Made by a program: the position numbers and the translations under genes. Source: Felis catus (taxonomy: Eukaryota). From it: a stretch of 64,000 bases of DNA. Position 1 is the first letter of the stretch. Every line of letters begins with the position of its first letter. The stretch spans positions 110,362,001 to 110,426,000 of the forward strand of contig NC_058373.1 of assembly GCF_018350175.1 (NCBI RefSeq), given 5' to 3'. Of this stretch, positions 49,751-63,400 are shown piece by piece. Under the pieces are notes generated by a model, which saw only the letters and a program-made list of their open reading frames with translations, did no database searches and was not told where the DNA came from.

Positions 49751-52700
49751 CTCCAGGTCCCCAGTCCGCAGGGTCCCCAAGGTCTCTTCACCTACCCTGC
49801 GGTGGCACACAGTGCGAGAACTGGGATCTCAGGATAGTCATTAAGAAGCACCTGGCTTTAGGGGCAGCCACTGCTGGCGAAAGTCGAACAGCAAGTTACG
49901 GGTGTCCCATAGGCTATGCTGAGACCCCAGGGCCACATTTGTGTCTAATTAATCATCAGACTATCCGGACGCGTGACACGAGGGACATGGTTCTTCATCG
50001 GGCTGTGACTCCAGATCCCTGACAGAAAAAGACCGAAAGGGCATCGGGAGGGAGACTTACCACGCCAGGCTCAAGCGCTGGGGGTTTAGCCAAAAACAGC
50101 CTAGACAGACTTTAGTGTGCTCTGCATTTATGAGAGTGAGGGCCACAGGTGGCGAAGGCAGACTCCAAACACGGGAAGCCACCTACTTGATAACAATGGT
50201 GATGAAAAATCTTTACTCTGCCACCCCCTTCAGTTTTCATGAAAGCGAAGACTCTTGGATCCTCTCAAGTTGGAAGGCCAGGTTTCCCGCTCCCCGAGGT
50301 AGAGAAGTTCGTTTGAACAGGAGGACGCGGAACTGACCGGATTCATGGTGTAGGACTGTAGGGGACGTGATGCTGATCTCGACCAATCCCAGCTTTCCTC
50401 GTCCCCTCTCCTGGGTGTCCCTGCACGTCCCCAGCACCCATAGGCTCCTTCCTCCTTGCCGCCTTCAGGAGAGAATTTTAAGTGATGGTTTCAAAAAAAA
50501 TCACTCCCATTTGGAAGTACTTACTTGTGAACAAGATACCTTCCTCTGGAAGGGAGATTACTATGAGGGAATTTCAGGGATGAGCCGACAGGCAGACAAA
50601 AATAATGTGAGGGTGAAGAAAACTAACGCCTGTCGGGTAACTACACCATGCCAGGGAGTGCGCTAAGTGCTTGCATAGCATCCCATTTACTCCGCATGGC
50701 AGTTCTATCCACTAGTTCCTCCTCAGATGTGGAAACTGAGGCTTGCAGAGCTTACCTCGGCTACCTAAAGCCACACGTGGTAAGAAAGGAGCAAGTGGCA
50801 TTAATGCTTTCGTTGACAGCTATCACTTACTAGGCATTCAGCCATGCCCTGCTTGCCTACATGTTAGCTCATTTTATACGCAACAGGGCTATGAACAGGG
50901 CGCCTGGGTGGCTCAGTTGGTTAAGCGTCCAACTTCGGCTCAGGTCATGATCTCATGGTTCATGGGTTCGAGCCCCACGTTGGGCTCCGTGCAGACAGCT
51001 CAGAGCCTGGAGCCTGTTTCAGATTCTGTGTCTCCCTCTCTCTGTCCCTTCCCCAGCTCTCTCTCTCTCAAAAATAAATAAACATTAACAAAAAGTTATA
51101 TACAACAGGGCTATGAGGGAAATTCTATCATTAAGTATCTCCGTTTCACAGTTGAGAAAATGGCCAGTCTGTGGCCGAGAAAGAGTTGAACCCAGGCAAG
51201 AGCCCAAGACCGCTTTCTTGCATGCCATGACTACAATCAATCAGAAATGAAGATGGCTTGAATGTCGGGGCACAACAGCTCCCACACACAAGCCCTGCCT
51301 CAAAGCCTCCTGCCACCGGAGAGTTAAGCATCAGCTCACCCCAGAACTAGAGCTCTGTGTTTGCTGCGATGCTTCCTTGAGAAGGCATTCCACTCACGGG
51401 AACAGCATGTTCTCTTTTTAAAGACCCTCAAACACCCACAGAAGCGTTTTGTTACGCAAGGAACCCTCACCGCAGGAAATATTAAGCAAAAAGAATGAAT
51501 GGGAGTGAGTACATTTCCTTCTGATTCATCCTGTGGATTGAGAAAGATAATGGTACCTTAGGGATGGAAACTTTGCCTGGTTTAACGCAACGAGTAGGGA
51601 AGATAATTATTCTGACTATTCCTAACACACGACCAAAACTAAGAAGGGATTCAGTTAATACCAATGGTTAGACTGAAAAGCACCCTGAAATCTAGTATTA
51701 AGGACCATGCCTCCATTCAGAAGACCCCCACATCAGGTGCCTGGGTGGCTCAGTCAGTTGACCATCGACTATTGATTTCAGCTCCTGTCACAATCCCAGG
51801 GTCATGAGATTGAGCCCCACATAGGATTCTCTCTCCCTCTCTCTCTCTCTCCCCCTCTGCCTCTTTCCCCTGCTCATGCTCTCTCTCTAAAATAAAACTT
51901 TTAAAATTAAAAAAAAAAAAAAGATGGGGCACCTGGGTGGCTCAGTCAGTTAAGCATCTGACTTCAGCTCAGGTCACGATCTCGCAGTCCATGAGTTCGA
52001 GCCCTGCGTCGGGCTCTGGGCTGATGGCTCAGAGCCTGGAGCCTGCTTCAGATTCTGTGTCTCCCTCTCTCTCTGCCCCTCCCCTGCTCATGCTCTGTCT
52101 CTGTCTCAAAAATAAATAATAAAAACATTAAAAAAATTTTTTAATTAAAAAAAAGGAAAGGAGATTCCTCATCTGATTTGTACCTCACTCGTGACCTCCC
52201 CAAGGAAGCACCTACATGGTATGACATGTATTTCTTCTTCCCAAACTATTCTATAACAGGGACTAAAGTCATCACCCTTCAGTCATCCTTTGGGGTTACA
52301 GCATTGAATTGTTGAAATTCAATCATGCTATATATATGATGGGTGATATTAATTTACTAGCATTTATGATTACACTAAGGAGATGAGCTTCCAAGATGAG
52401 CTAAGTGTCACCTAGGAAAGCAAAGGAGGTTGGCGTTCGACCGGGACATTTTGCTACAGGAGGAAAGAAAGCCTCTCCATCGGGGTGCACCTTCCTCATC
52501 TTTTTTTTTTTTTTAATATTTATTTATTTATTTTGAGAGAGAGAGGTGCGAGGGCAAGCGGGAGAGGGGCAGAGAGAGAGGGAGAGCGAGAATCCCAAGC
52601 AGGTTCCCCACTGCCGGCGCAGAGCCCGACGGGGGGCTCAAACTCACGAACCGTGAGATCGTGACCTGAGCCGAGATCAAGAGTCCGACACCTAACCAGC

Positions 52701-55700
52701 TGAGCCACCCAGGTGCCCCCTTCCTCTTCTTTTCATCCTGCCCCCTTTCCGTCTAGTGAAGTCGTACCCAGCCCAAAACGAAGAGACTGAGTAAAGTGGA
52801 GGCGGAGACAGCCCAGTGGAACATGCGGGCTGCCTGCCCCCCAGGGCCCCTCCTGCCTGTGCGCTCTGTCTGCGCCGCTGTGATTGTGCAGTGCGCGCGT
52901 CTTGGCTCTCTAGCCACCCCCACCGCAGCACAGCACCCACAGCATTCAACACACGCCTAGTTCAACCCAGCCTTCAACAAGTACCTGCTGACGGCTTCAA
53001 CCTGGAAAAATCAGAGGAAAAGGCGAGAGATTTCCTGTAGTAGAGAAACGGACTATTAAGATGCAAAACAAACAACGAAAACCTTGTTGAAGGCAAGAAA
53101 GCAAAAACAGATGTGGAGGGGAGGGTTCCTACAAAGCGTTGCAGGCTCCGGGACAGCTTTGGACGGTCGCTCTCTTTCTCTTCTTAGCCTGAGGTCAAGT
53201 GGGAGGATCTAGGTCCCCAGATGCTCTTGACTGCTCCGGAGTATGATAGGGTCAGCCTCTTTCTTCATGATGTTTGAGCATATATTGGCGTGTTGTAAGA
53301 GGACTTGAGGGATGCAACCCTAAACTTATGGAATTATTAAGAGAGAAGGGAAAGAACGTGGCACCTACAATGACACCCTCACTTGGAGGTGATGAATTGG
53401 AAAGGTGGGATTACTAATGCGACGCGTCCGTCAGGTTATTGCAGCTGCTTATGAGTCAGGGTTTGTCAGATAAAATTGGATATTTGAAAACTGGATTTGG
53501 GTAGAGCTCTCTAGGATCACGTCTTTTGTGGAAATCAAAAGGAACCTAACGTGTATGCACCTTTCCCACCCAAGCACTGCAGTAGGCAGGCTTGCCCAAG
53601 GTTGGCTCATTTTTATTGAATTTAGTCCTCGTAAGTTCCCTTGGGCTGTCCCTGCTTTACAGATGGGGAAACAGAGCCTTAGAGAGACGGCGTATCTTTT
53701 GTAAGGTCACCCACGTGCCTATGGCAGAGCGAAAGCTTGCACCCCAAGGTTTTCTACCTACGCGTTAATCCCTTGCTTTCTCCTCTGTTACGACTGTGAC
53801 GTTTTTCTGATTTGCTGTGTCAACTGAAGCCTGTGTGTCCTGTAGAGCCTGGATATTGCTGAGTGAAATCTTGTCAAGTTCTTGCCTAGGCATGACCATC
53901 TGTGTGCATATTTATATAACTTTGTTCTTCACTGACATGGCTTTGACCGGAGCCCTTAGTAAGGTGGCCTAGGTCATAAGCAGCAAGGTAGACCTAACCT
54001 GATATCTAAGCACCCAGACCACAGGACAAGGTTACTCTGACCTGCAGTTGAAATGAACCACCTGGGCAGCTAGCTTATGTAGCCAACTCCTTAGAACACA
54101 CCCTCCATCTGTCTCCGTCTTGGTCTTTGACATTTGCAAATGTACAGATAAAATAAGTTTTTGTCCTATCTACTGCTCCTTGAAGGTACTTAAACTCCAC
54201 AAAAATCCCTTGCATAATTTGTTTCTGATTTTCTATCCACTTGAAAACAAACAGCATGAAGAAGACACGTTCCTGTCCTGAGCCCCAACTCTGATTGAAG
54301 CAATTCTCTCTTGAGCTAGCAAAGCAGCTAGCCCCTGGAGGTCACTGGCAGGAATGTGAACACCCAGTCGAGAAAGAAAATGTTAGCGAACTGTCAGAAA
54401 TGGTGGCAAATTGTAATATGCAATTTCACAAATGACTCAAATGCGATTCTGGAAATGCAGCTTCCTTGCCTCTTCTGGCACAGAATAAAATAATATTAAT
54501 AACAGGTCAGACAGTGTAATAGTCCCAGATATGAGGTCAAAAAAAAATAGCATATGTAGACAGAAATGGCCCAAGAAGCCCAGATTCTAATAAGACGGTC
54601 TGCTTCCATAGAGTTTAGAATTCAAAAAAGTTGAAGTTTTTCTACTTCTCATAAATGTATTTGACATTTTCAAGTTCTTTGTTCATATCATGGAAAGTTA
54701 CCAGAAATGTCTCAGAGTGTCAGATAACACTCTAGTGATGCAAATTGCATCAGCGGCTTTTATAAAAATACAGACCCCATCCCTTGTGTACAGAGAGAGG
54801 CTGCTTCTTGCACAGAAGTCATTGCTTGATCTGATGAGTCTAAGCAGAGAGAGGAATGATCTGTTCCATGATTCCATCTCCCCTTTTGCTGGGAATTACA
54901 ACGAGGAGACGAACTTCTCCAAGTAGCTTATATAGCTTCTGAGGAGTCGCCGGTGTTGTCCAGTGTCCTAGGATCCCAGCATTCTCCCCTTTTTTCGCTT
55001 CTTTTTATATTTCTACTTTTTTTTTTTTCCTCTCTGTCCAGGCAATTTGTTCACTGATCTTTTCTTCCTGGTTCTGCCCACATCTGGCCAGATACTTCCT
55101 CAGCCTGCTCTCATCCACCATATTCTTCCACCCGGCCGCCACAACTTACTTACTAAGTAAGTTACTTACTTAGTAACAACTTACTAAGAACTGCTTTCTT
55201 AGGGCGATGGTGGCTTTTACAGTTGACAAAGCGCTTACGTAGCCATGCCGCGCTTCATTTTCACGCCGACTCTGTCAAGGTGATCTTATTCCCGGTTTGC
55301 ACGTAAGGAAACTTAAGTGAGTTCACCAGATTTACGGTCCTAGAAACCCTAGTTATCTGACTCTGCATAGATCCATTCCGGCCTCCCTGAGAGAAATTCA
55401 TTTCCTGTGTCCCCAACACTCGGAACGGTCTCGGAGTATTCGCCATACTGCTACCGCGAGTATCCTTGGCCTTGTGTCCCCTGGCCCCATCCCTTCCCAC
55501 CTTATCTCGAGCTAAAATACCATTCAAGGGAGAAAAATCATTGACAACTTCTTTATTATGTTTACTTTCAAGTTATTCTGACACTCGACGTTACGTTTAT
55601 TCTTCCACAAAACATTCTTCTTTGGGAAGGCTTCTCCCCTTCATGCATTTCTCTCTGTGTGAGAATGCCCTCTTAATGCTGAAAAACAAAAATGCCCTAA

Positions 55701-56715
55701 GTCCCTGCCTAAGACACAAGAGAACATGAAGGTGTTTGTTCTCAGATGAGGAGGAGGAGATCATTCATTCAGCAACTGCTTGTAAACACTTTGTCTGCAC
55801 TATTTCATTTAATCCTGGAAACAGTCTCACCAGGGAGGCACGATTTATGTTCCCATTTAGCAAACGAGAAGACTAAGGCTCAGAAAGTTTAAGTAATTTG
55901 CCCGATATCACACAGCTAGTAGGTGGAGGGTTCCAATCAGATCTATTTCACAGAACAAAAACATTCTCTGGGTTCTTTAACTGCTGATCTCCTGAAGGCT
56001 TTGTACTCTAGTGGAGGGGAGAAGAACAATGCCTAAGAAATGACCCACAGTGCCTGTCACAAATGATCAGAGACACGTAGAGGGCACAGATGGGGAGTTT
56101 TTGTGGACATTCAGAGGATCCCCTGCATGTTTGGGTTCCTCTTAGAAATTAGCACCCCCCCCCCCCCCCCCGCCAGCGCTTGTTTCCTGAGCTGACTGAA
56201 CTTCATTCAGACGTGGAAGGTGCTGATCTCCCCAGGTTGGGTGGCTCCTCTGAATTCTGCAGGTGCCAGGCCCAGCCCTCGGCATCCTTCATTCTTCCAC
56301 TCTGGCTACTGGAAGCTGCTTTCAGAGCACGGGGCTTCCACAGAGAAGATGGAGAACACACAGGCACCAAAGGAGCAGGCAGCCCAGAAGAGCCCACGGC
56401 AGGATGGAGCCCAGGCTCTTATCGCATATATGCCCTTGAACATTTTTCTGGCCTCTTTGACCTTCTGTAAAATAAGAGGACAAGAATATACTGCACGAGA
56501 TGGCTGTGGGGATGAGCTGTAACCTGCCTGACACCTGGCTGGTTCTCCATACACGATGGCTTTAAAAAATCCAGCAGCCCAGGGGCACCTGGGTGGCTCA
56601 GTCGGTTGAGCGTCTGACCGGCTCAGGTCATGATCCCACGGCTCATGAGTTTGAGCCCCGAGTCGGGGGCTCTGTGCTGACAGCTCAGAGCCTGGAGCCT
56701 GCTTCAGATTCTGCG

Positions 56716-56755
<40 letters not shown>

Positions 56756-57069
56756 CTCTCCCACTCATGCTGTCTCTCTCTGTCTCTCAAAAATAAATAA
56801 AACTTTTAAAAATTAAAAAAAAAAAAATCCAGCAGCCCTTAGGACAAAGGGCTTCACGGGTGTAGGGAAGACTTGGCCTCGGAGAAGGCAAACAGCAGGT
56901 TTAGTGGTTAAAGAGGTTTGGGTTCCTAGGATGGAGGGGGTAGAAGAGAATTAAGTGCCCTGTCCGGCGTAGATGAGTTCTGCCTGCAGCTCCTCAGGCA
57001 GGCCCACTTGTGAAGTGAGTCAGAGAAGGACCCACTGACCTAGAACCTGGTTGTGAGACTAATTTAAAG

Positions 57070-57248
57070 CAGTGTTTTTCCATATTCCTAGATCGTGGGT
57101 CACCCGAGTCACTGGTTTAACATATAGATTCCCAGGCACCTCCTCCCCAGCAGACTCTGAACCAGGAGCTCTGGGGTGGGTCCTGGAAATGTGCATTTTC
57201 CACAACCCACTGGGTGATTTTATGATCAGGGAAGTTTGGAAAACATTG
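57070..57248. mobile_element. MER5-like hAT-Charlie MITE
   Basis: Terminal inverted repeats CAGTGTTTTTCCA / TGGAAAACATTG; internal CTGGGGTGGG-CCTGGAAAT-TGCATTTT. Confidence 0.65.
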
Positions 57249-59300
57249 TTTTAAAATGTTCAAAGGGCTTAGATGCCCACTATATAATGGAATCTGTGTA
57301 ATGGGTTATTTACCATCCCCATTCTCCAGGAAAGGCAACTAAGACTCAACAAAGTTCAGCAGTGTGCAGAAGTCTGTTCACACTGGCTCCAGATTGCGGA
57401 CTGTTACTCAAGGAACTTGCAATTCAATTGTTAAACCAATCATAGCTTGACATTGACCATAGTAAGTAGATACACTACGGATTTCTCTTGGCCCGAGAGT
57501 GTTGTTTCCTTCAGAACAGAGGACATTGATTGATGTGAACACTTCTCAGCTGTTCTCTGGTTTTTGGTTCATGGCTCACTGTGAATACTGTATTGTCTTT
57601 TTCTTTAGGGAATCCATAAGTACTACATTCAGAACAGGACTTTATTTTAAAGGGTTAGTTTACTAGCACCCCACCTAACAAAAGTAGTCAGTCTTGCTGT
57701 TAGTAACTGAGCCAAGTTCACCTGTGTCCTTACTCCTGGTCCGAGTGCTTTGGTCCAGACATTTTCTCCTCCTGAAATTAACATCCTTTATCATCCCTAG
57801 AACATCCAGTCCTAGACAGAGTTATTAAGGGCTCAAATTCTACAAAGGACCACCTGCTATAGAGTTGGTTCAGATTTTCCAGTTAGAGGATCAAAGGGTT
57901 GGCTTTACACAACAGAGTCATGTCTCCCTCTAATGGATGGTAAAGAATAAGACAAGTAATATTTCAATTGTTGAATCAGAAGGCTTTGTATAATTTATCT
58001 ATATTACGTGTTGAAACACGTATATAATAACTTGCTCGGCTGATTTCCAAGAGCAGCACAAAAATGTCCCTTTATTTTCATTCATTCAATATTTCATTTA
58101 TTCAATATTTATCATTTGCTTAACTATGCACCAGATATTGAGGTATAAAGCTATGAATGACACAATGGCAAAAAAGAATGAGAAAATTTGCTATACACTG
58201 AGATAAAAAAAAAAAATTGCCAAGATTCCCAACCTCCCCTCATCTCCCTCCCACCTCCCCTCATCTCTACCTCAGCCTCCCAGTGGTTCATCTGCCCTGT
58301 TGCATTGGAAACACAGGTTTTCTCTGCTCCTTTCCCCAAATCAAATCTCTTGAATTACCAACACACAAAGATAGAGAATGGTTCCAACCTTAAAATAAAG
58401 GTTTTTTTTTTTTATTTGTTTTGAGAGATACAGTGTGAATGGGGGAGGGACACAGACAAAGAGTGGGACTGACCCAAGCAGGCTCCTTGCTGTCAGTACA
58501 GAGCCCGATGACAGGACGTGGGGCTCTATCTCACCAATCGAACCATGAGCTCATGACCTGAGCTGAGATCAAGAGTTGGACGCTTAACTGATTGAGCCAT
58601 CCAGGTGCCCCTTAAATGAAGTTCTAAGGGTGGAATTCTAGGCATCCTCCAGCATTGGGGACTGGGTAGGGGCTAGGAAGGCAACCAGTCTTTTTGCTGG
58701 TTGTTGAGTACAGTATGGTCTTCACAGATGCCTCTTCTGTCACACGGAGGGCTCCTCAACTGTTTTATTTCTCTATTGGGAAGGGAAAGTGTGTAAACTG
58801 ATCTCCAGGAGATTCTTTTCACCCTGTGCCCAGTTTTCCACAACAAAAACAAGAGAGAGGAAGGGAAGGAGAGGAAATTAGCTAGGGACGGTTCACACTC
58901 ACATGACTTTCCATAGCACAGTACCAGAGCAAGACCTGAGAGAGTCCCTCCTGTGGGCCCTAACATTTTGGGGGCCTCAGAAAAGGGTACAAATGAATGC
59001 TTACCCATTACACACTTAAATTTTTAAACATAATAAATAAGCCAACCAATTGGTAAACACAAGGTTTTATTGTACAAATATATTTTGCAAATATACCTTT
59101 GAAATGATAAAAATTGAAAAGTGTATATAAAGCTATGGTTGGCTGGGACTGAAAGGTGGCAAAATATCAAAGATGACTGAATTTAATTATTATCATGCAT
59201 GTCTGGCTTTGTGGATAGGACAACACTGTTTGGATGAATAATATTTGAGTGAGTACTAACGTGAAAAAATACGGAATTCACAATTACTCCCTAAAAGCTA

Positions 59301-59640
59301 TTGTTTTAGTCCATTCAGGCTGCTGTAACAAAATACTACAGACTGGGTGGTTTAGAAGCAACAGAAATTTATTCTCACAGTTCTGGAGGCTGGAAATCCA
59401 GGGTGCCAACAGGGTTAGGTTCTGGTGAAAGTCCTTTTCTGGATTGCAAACTGCCTACTTGCTGCATGGAAGGTGGGAGGGATCCCTCTGATATCTTTAT
59501 TCTAAGACACTCATCCCATGAGGTTCCACCCTCATGACCTAACGGCCTCCCACAGGCCCCACCTCCTAATACCATCACCTTGGGCATTAGGTTTCAATCT
59601 ATGGATTTTGAGGACACTCGACTAATGAGACCACAGCAGT
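59301..59640 (-). mobile_element. MLT1A-like MaLR LTR
   Basis: TTAGTCCATTCAGGCTGCTGTAACAAAATAC...TTTATTCTCACAGTTCTGGAGGCTGG...CTAATACCATCACCTTGGG. Confidence 0.8.
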
Positions 59641-59929
59641 TACATCTCTTGCCTTTGCTTCAAGAAAGTCACCAATTATTTTGTTATAATTGAATTTTTA
59701 TACAATTTATGTCCTATAATAAAAAATAAAAAATTATAATTTCAAAGTGAAAAAAGTTGGAATGTATAAATCACAGTATGCAAATGGCAATTTTTTGTTG
59801 TTGTTACTTTAAAGATGTACAACTGTCTCCTCAATTGCGTGTTTTAATGAGAAATCTGCTGTCATTCTTTATTTCTCTGGGCATAATGTATTTTTCTTTT
59901 CTAGCTGCTTTTAAGAGTTCCTCTTCATG

Positions 59930-60125
59930 ACTGTGTAGCAATCAAGGTTCAAGCAGAGAATCAGAACCAGTAGGAGATCTATATAAAGAGATTTGTTGCA
60001 AGGAATTGGCTTATGCAATCATGGGGGCTTAGCTCCACAAGCCTGAAATCCACAGGGGGTCAGGAAAGGCACTGGAACTCTCAGGCACTCAAGCTGGTGT
60101 CTACAGGAAGAATTTAATCTTCTGG
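59930..60125 (-). mobile_element. MLT2-like (ERVL) LTR fragment
   Basis: CAGAACCAGTAGGAGAT...AGAGATTTGTTGCAAGGAATTGGCTTATGCAAT. Confidence 0.6.
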
Positions 60126-60342
60126 GGACATGCTACTTCTGACCTGTACCTCGGGAAGACAATGGGAGCTGTGGGCCACTTCTCTCTCTGATCAGTTTAC
60201 TTCATTCACTTCCAGTTTCTTTCTGAGGTTTCAGATCCTCCTGGCCTTTTCTCCCTATTGCTAGAATCTGCAAGTCTACCTCCATTCCCAGGAGATTTTG
60301 TGGAGATAAAGATGGAAATGGGCAACGTTGAGAAACATACAT

Positions 60343-60422
60343 CAAAAAAGAAAGAAAGGAAGAAAGAAAGAAAGAAAGAAAGGAAGAAAGAAAGAAACAA
60401 ACAAACAAACAAACAAACAAAC
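60343..60422. repeat. Compound (AAAG)n/(AAAC)n tetranucleotide repeat
   Basis: Direct reading. Confidence 0.95.
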
Positions 60423-63400
60423 ATCACTGTTCAGCTACTTCTGGTGTATTGTGATCCAGTATTTGTTTCAGAACCCTGAACAGAAACTTGAATGGATCTA
60501 GCGTGCTTGACATTGCTATCCCGAAAGACACTGATGAGAGAATCAGTTTACTTCATGAAATTCATGAGCTGAGAGTCTATTTCTCTCTTAGGAAGAATTC
60601 TGAATGGAAATCTGGACTAGATCGTCCCTGAGGCCTAGACACATGCTGCCATAAAGCCTGCCATGGGCTCAGTCTCATCTAAAACCAGAATATTACAGGG
60701 GCGCCTAGGTGGCTCAGTCAGTTAAGTGTCTGACTTCTGCTCAGGTTGTGATCTCACAGTTCATGAGTTCGAGCCCTGATCTCACGGTTCGTGAGTTCAA
60801 GCCCCACGTTGGGCTCTGTGCTGAGAGCTCGGAGCCTGGAGCCTGGAGCCTGGAGCCTGGAGCCTACAGCCTGCTTCTGATTCTGTGTCTCCCTCTCTCT
60901 CCGCCCCTCCCTGCTCATGCTCTGTCTCCCTCTCTCTCTCAAAAATAAACATTAAACAAACTGTTTAATAAAATAAAACCGGAACATTATGTATAATAAT
61001 GGACCTCTCCCTTATCCCTCCAACCTGTAACCCCCTTTGCTTTATTTTGAGGAGAAAATTTAATATAGACGCCTCCCTCCATGATTCTCCCCTAACTCTC
61101 ATTTTTTATTCTTAAATTTTTTTTTTTAACCTTTATTTATTTTTGAGACAGAGAGAGACAGAGCATGAACGGGGGAGGGTCAGAGAGAGGGAGACACAGA
61201 ATCTGAAACAGGCTCCAGGCTCTGAGCTCTCAGTACAGAGCCCGACGCAGGGCTCGAACTCACGGACCGTGAAATCATGACCTAGGCCGAAGTCGGCCGC
61301 TTAACCGACTGAGCCACCCAGGCGCCCCTCATTTTTTATCCTTAAAAAGCTCACCTGCAGCAATAGCATGATTCCACAGAACCCCAGTTCTCCAGCCTCA
61401 TCGTCCAGGCTTCGTAGAAGCACCATCACCCTGTGTGACACCATCACTGTCATTTCTCCCTCTCACCACCACACATCATTTGGAAACAAGAGCAACTCAT
61501 CCTTAGAAGCCTGCTTTCAAGAGGATGGAAAGTCCTGATAGTTTTCCAAAGCTACAAAGCAATTTCGATCTTATCCTTTTGTTCTTTAATCCTTCGTGAT
61601 TAGTGCATCATGCTTAATAAGAGAGAATCACCCAAGTTAGGAGCACAAATCTTATATATGTCATCTAAGCGGAAGATGTTACGTAAGCCAAGGCTGCTGT
61701 AATATAATACTATTTTAACAGGACCTTTTCAGTTGCAAGTAATAAAGAATCTTGACCCAAAAGGCCTCAACAGAGGGAGATGTAACATCTCACCAACAAG
61801 TCTGGGTGTAGGGCAGCCCCCAATTTCATTCCAAATTCAGCAGCTCAGTATTGTCATCAGGTCTGTCCTTTCCATCTTCTGCTTATCCATGAGTAGTTCA
61901 AGGGTCACATTCAGTCACAATGTTCAGAAGAACAGATGATTCCCTCCCTCCTGTGTCGTTTTTGAAAGCAGGGAAAATCTTCCCAGAAGTTCCTCCAGCA
62001 TATTTCTCATGTCTCCTTGGCCAAACTGGTTGATAGTCACATCTCTAAACCGATCACTGGCTAGGAGAAAGGGCCTTACCAGGATTTATCTCTTCTCTAA
62101 GCACAGGACTGCAAAGAATGAGTGGAACCCCAAAAATATGGAGGCCTAGTGGAAAAAAAAAAAAGAGGGAAATGGCTGTTGGGTAAGGAACCAAATGTAC
62201 TTCAGACATCACGGCTGCCTAGAATTCCTGTATTTGCATGCAGCATGATAAAGCATAGAGAAACCTCAGTAAGTCTGTGTCTAGCCTAGAACTGTTATGG
62301 GGGATGCCTGGCTGGCTCAGTTGGAAAAGAATTCGACTTGATCTTAGGGTTGTGAGTTTGAACCACACATTGGGTGTAGAGATTACTAAAAAATAAACTT
62401 TAAAAAAAAAAAAAAGCTGTTACGGAAAACCCACTGCAACCCTAAAGAAACAAACAAACAAAAAAAGTCAATAAGATGTTCCAAGATGAAAAATTAGCAT
62501 CATGTGCATTGCAATAGTATATAATGCACAATTATCTCATACACAAGTATAAATACCCTTTTCTAAAGCAAAATTATGTAAGAGTGCAACTTGCTTTTTT
62601 CAAGAGATCCTGGAACTTTTACACACAGCACTTCCACTTGCTTTAGCGGCTAAACAAATCAGTATTACATCTTTCCATCTTGCTTCTGTCCTTAACAGGC
62701 TTATGCAACAAAAATGGCATATTGATTTCAAAATTTCATTTACAGCGGGTTGAAAATACTTAACAATTCAATCTGTCTGACCTACTCCTACATCCATGTT
62801 CCTGGTCATTCTCTGTCAATTACCTAATACACCTTTCCCTGCAAAATGAAGCCATTTTTTTTTATTAGATTTTTGCCACAGTTCTCCAACATCATTTCAA
62901 CTTGCAGCTGTTCTTAGGAGATTGGAGGATACTAAAATTACAAAGAAAGGATATTGACTTAGGGATTGATTTTAAAATAACTGTGAAGCACTATGGGCTT
63001 AGAGGATGTTGAAGGATACTAAAGGAAATTATATTAAAATGCATTAAGAGGATAACTTAATATTACTTTGTAAAGCTCTAACTTAAATTCATATTTGGGC
63101 CTCTTGACATTTCATAAGCCAATGTGTGATTCCCAGTAAAATCCCAGAACGATGATTTTGCTTCACAATTTAAAAGCCTACATTCCCCCCCTTAGCTTTA
63201 CTCACCATTGCACAAGGATCACTGAGTCAATGATGATTAACACTGGAGATGTCAAGAAGTCTCACACCTGTGCTGTGAAACACCTAATAATCCTTGGTGT
63301 AGGCCAATGCATTGTTTATGAAAACCGCTATAAAGCAATGTGAATAACAGGGGGAAACTGATTAACAAAATTAAAACAGGCAGAATAGTCATATTTTTTC

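Larger units (their letters stand above)
48690..49830. promoter_or_regulatory. CpG island / ESR2 0N promoter
   Basis: Sharp rise in GC and CpG over a CpG-depleted background; TATA-like TTTAAAA (minus) at 49021-49027; GC boxes nearby at 48571-48593. Confidence 0.88.
50898..62415. mobile_element. Dispersed upstream CanSINEs (~50898+, 51736+, 51926+, 52501-, 56582+, 58402-, 60698+, 61117-, 62300+)
   Basis: SINE consensus, many with TSDs; the span also includes non-SINE DNA. Confidence 0.88.

Noticed and set aside
48479..50022. Long ORFs (120-164 aa) in the CpG island
   Set aside because: GC-driven absence of stops, low-complexity translations, no recognisable homology
930..60948. Dozens of short ORFs such as MAQSVKRPTSAQVMIS... 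that look like a peptide family
   Set aside because: They are translations of CanSINE consensus, mostly from GTG/TTG starts, not genes
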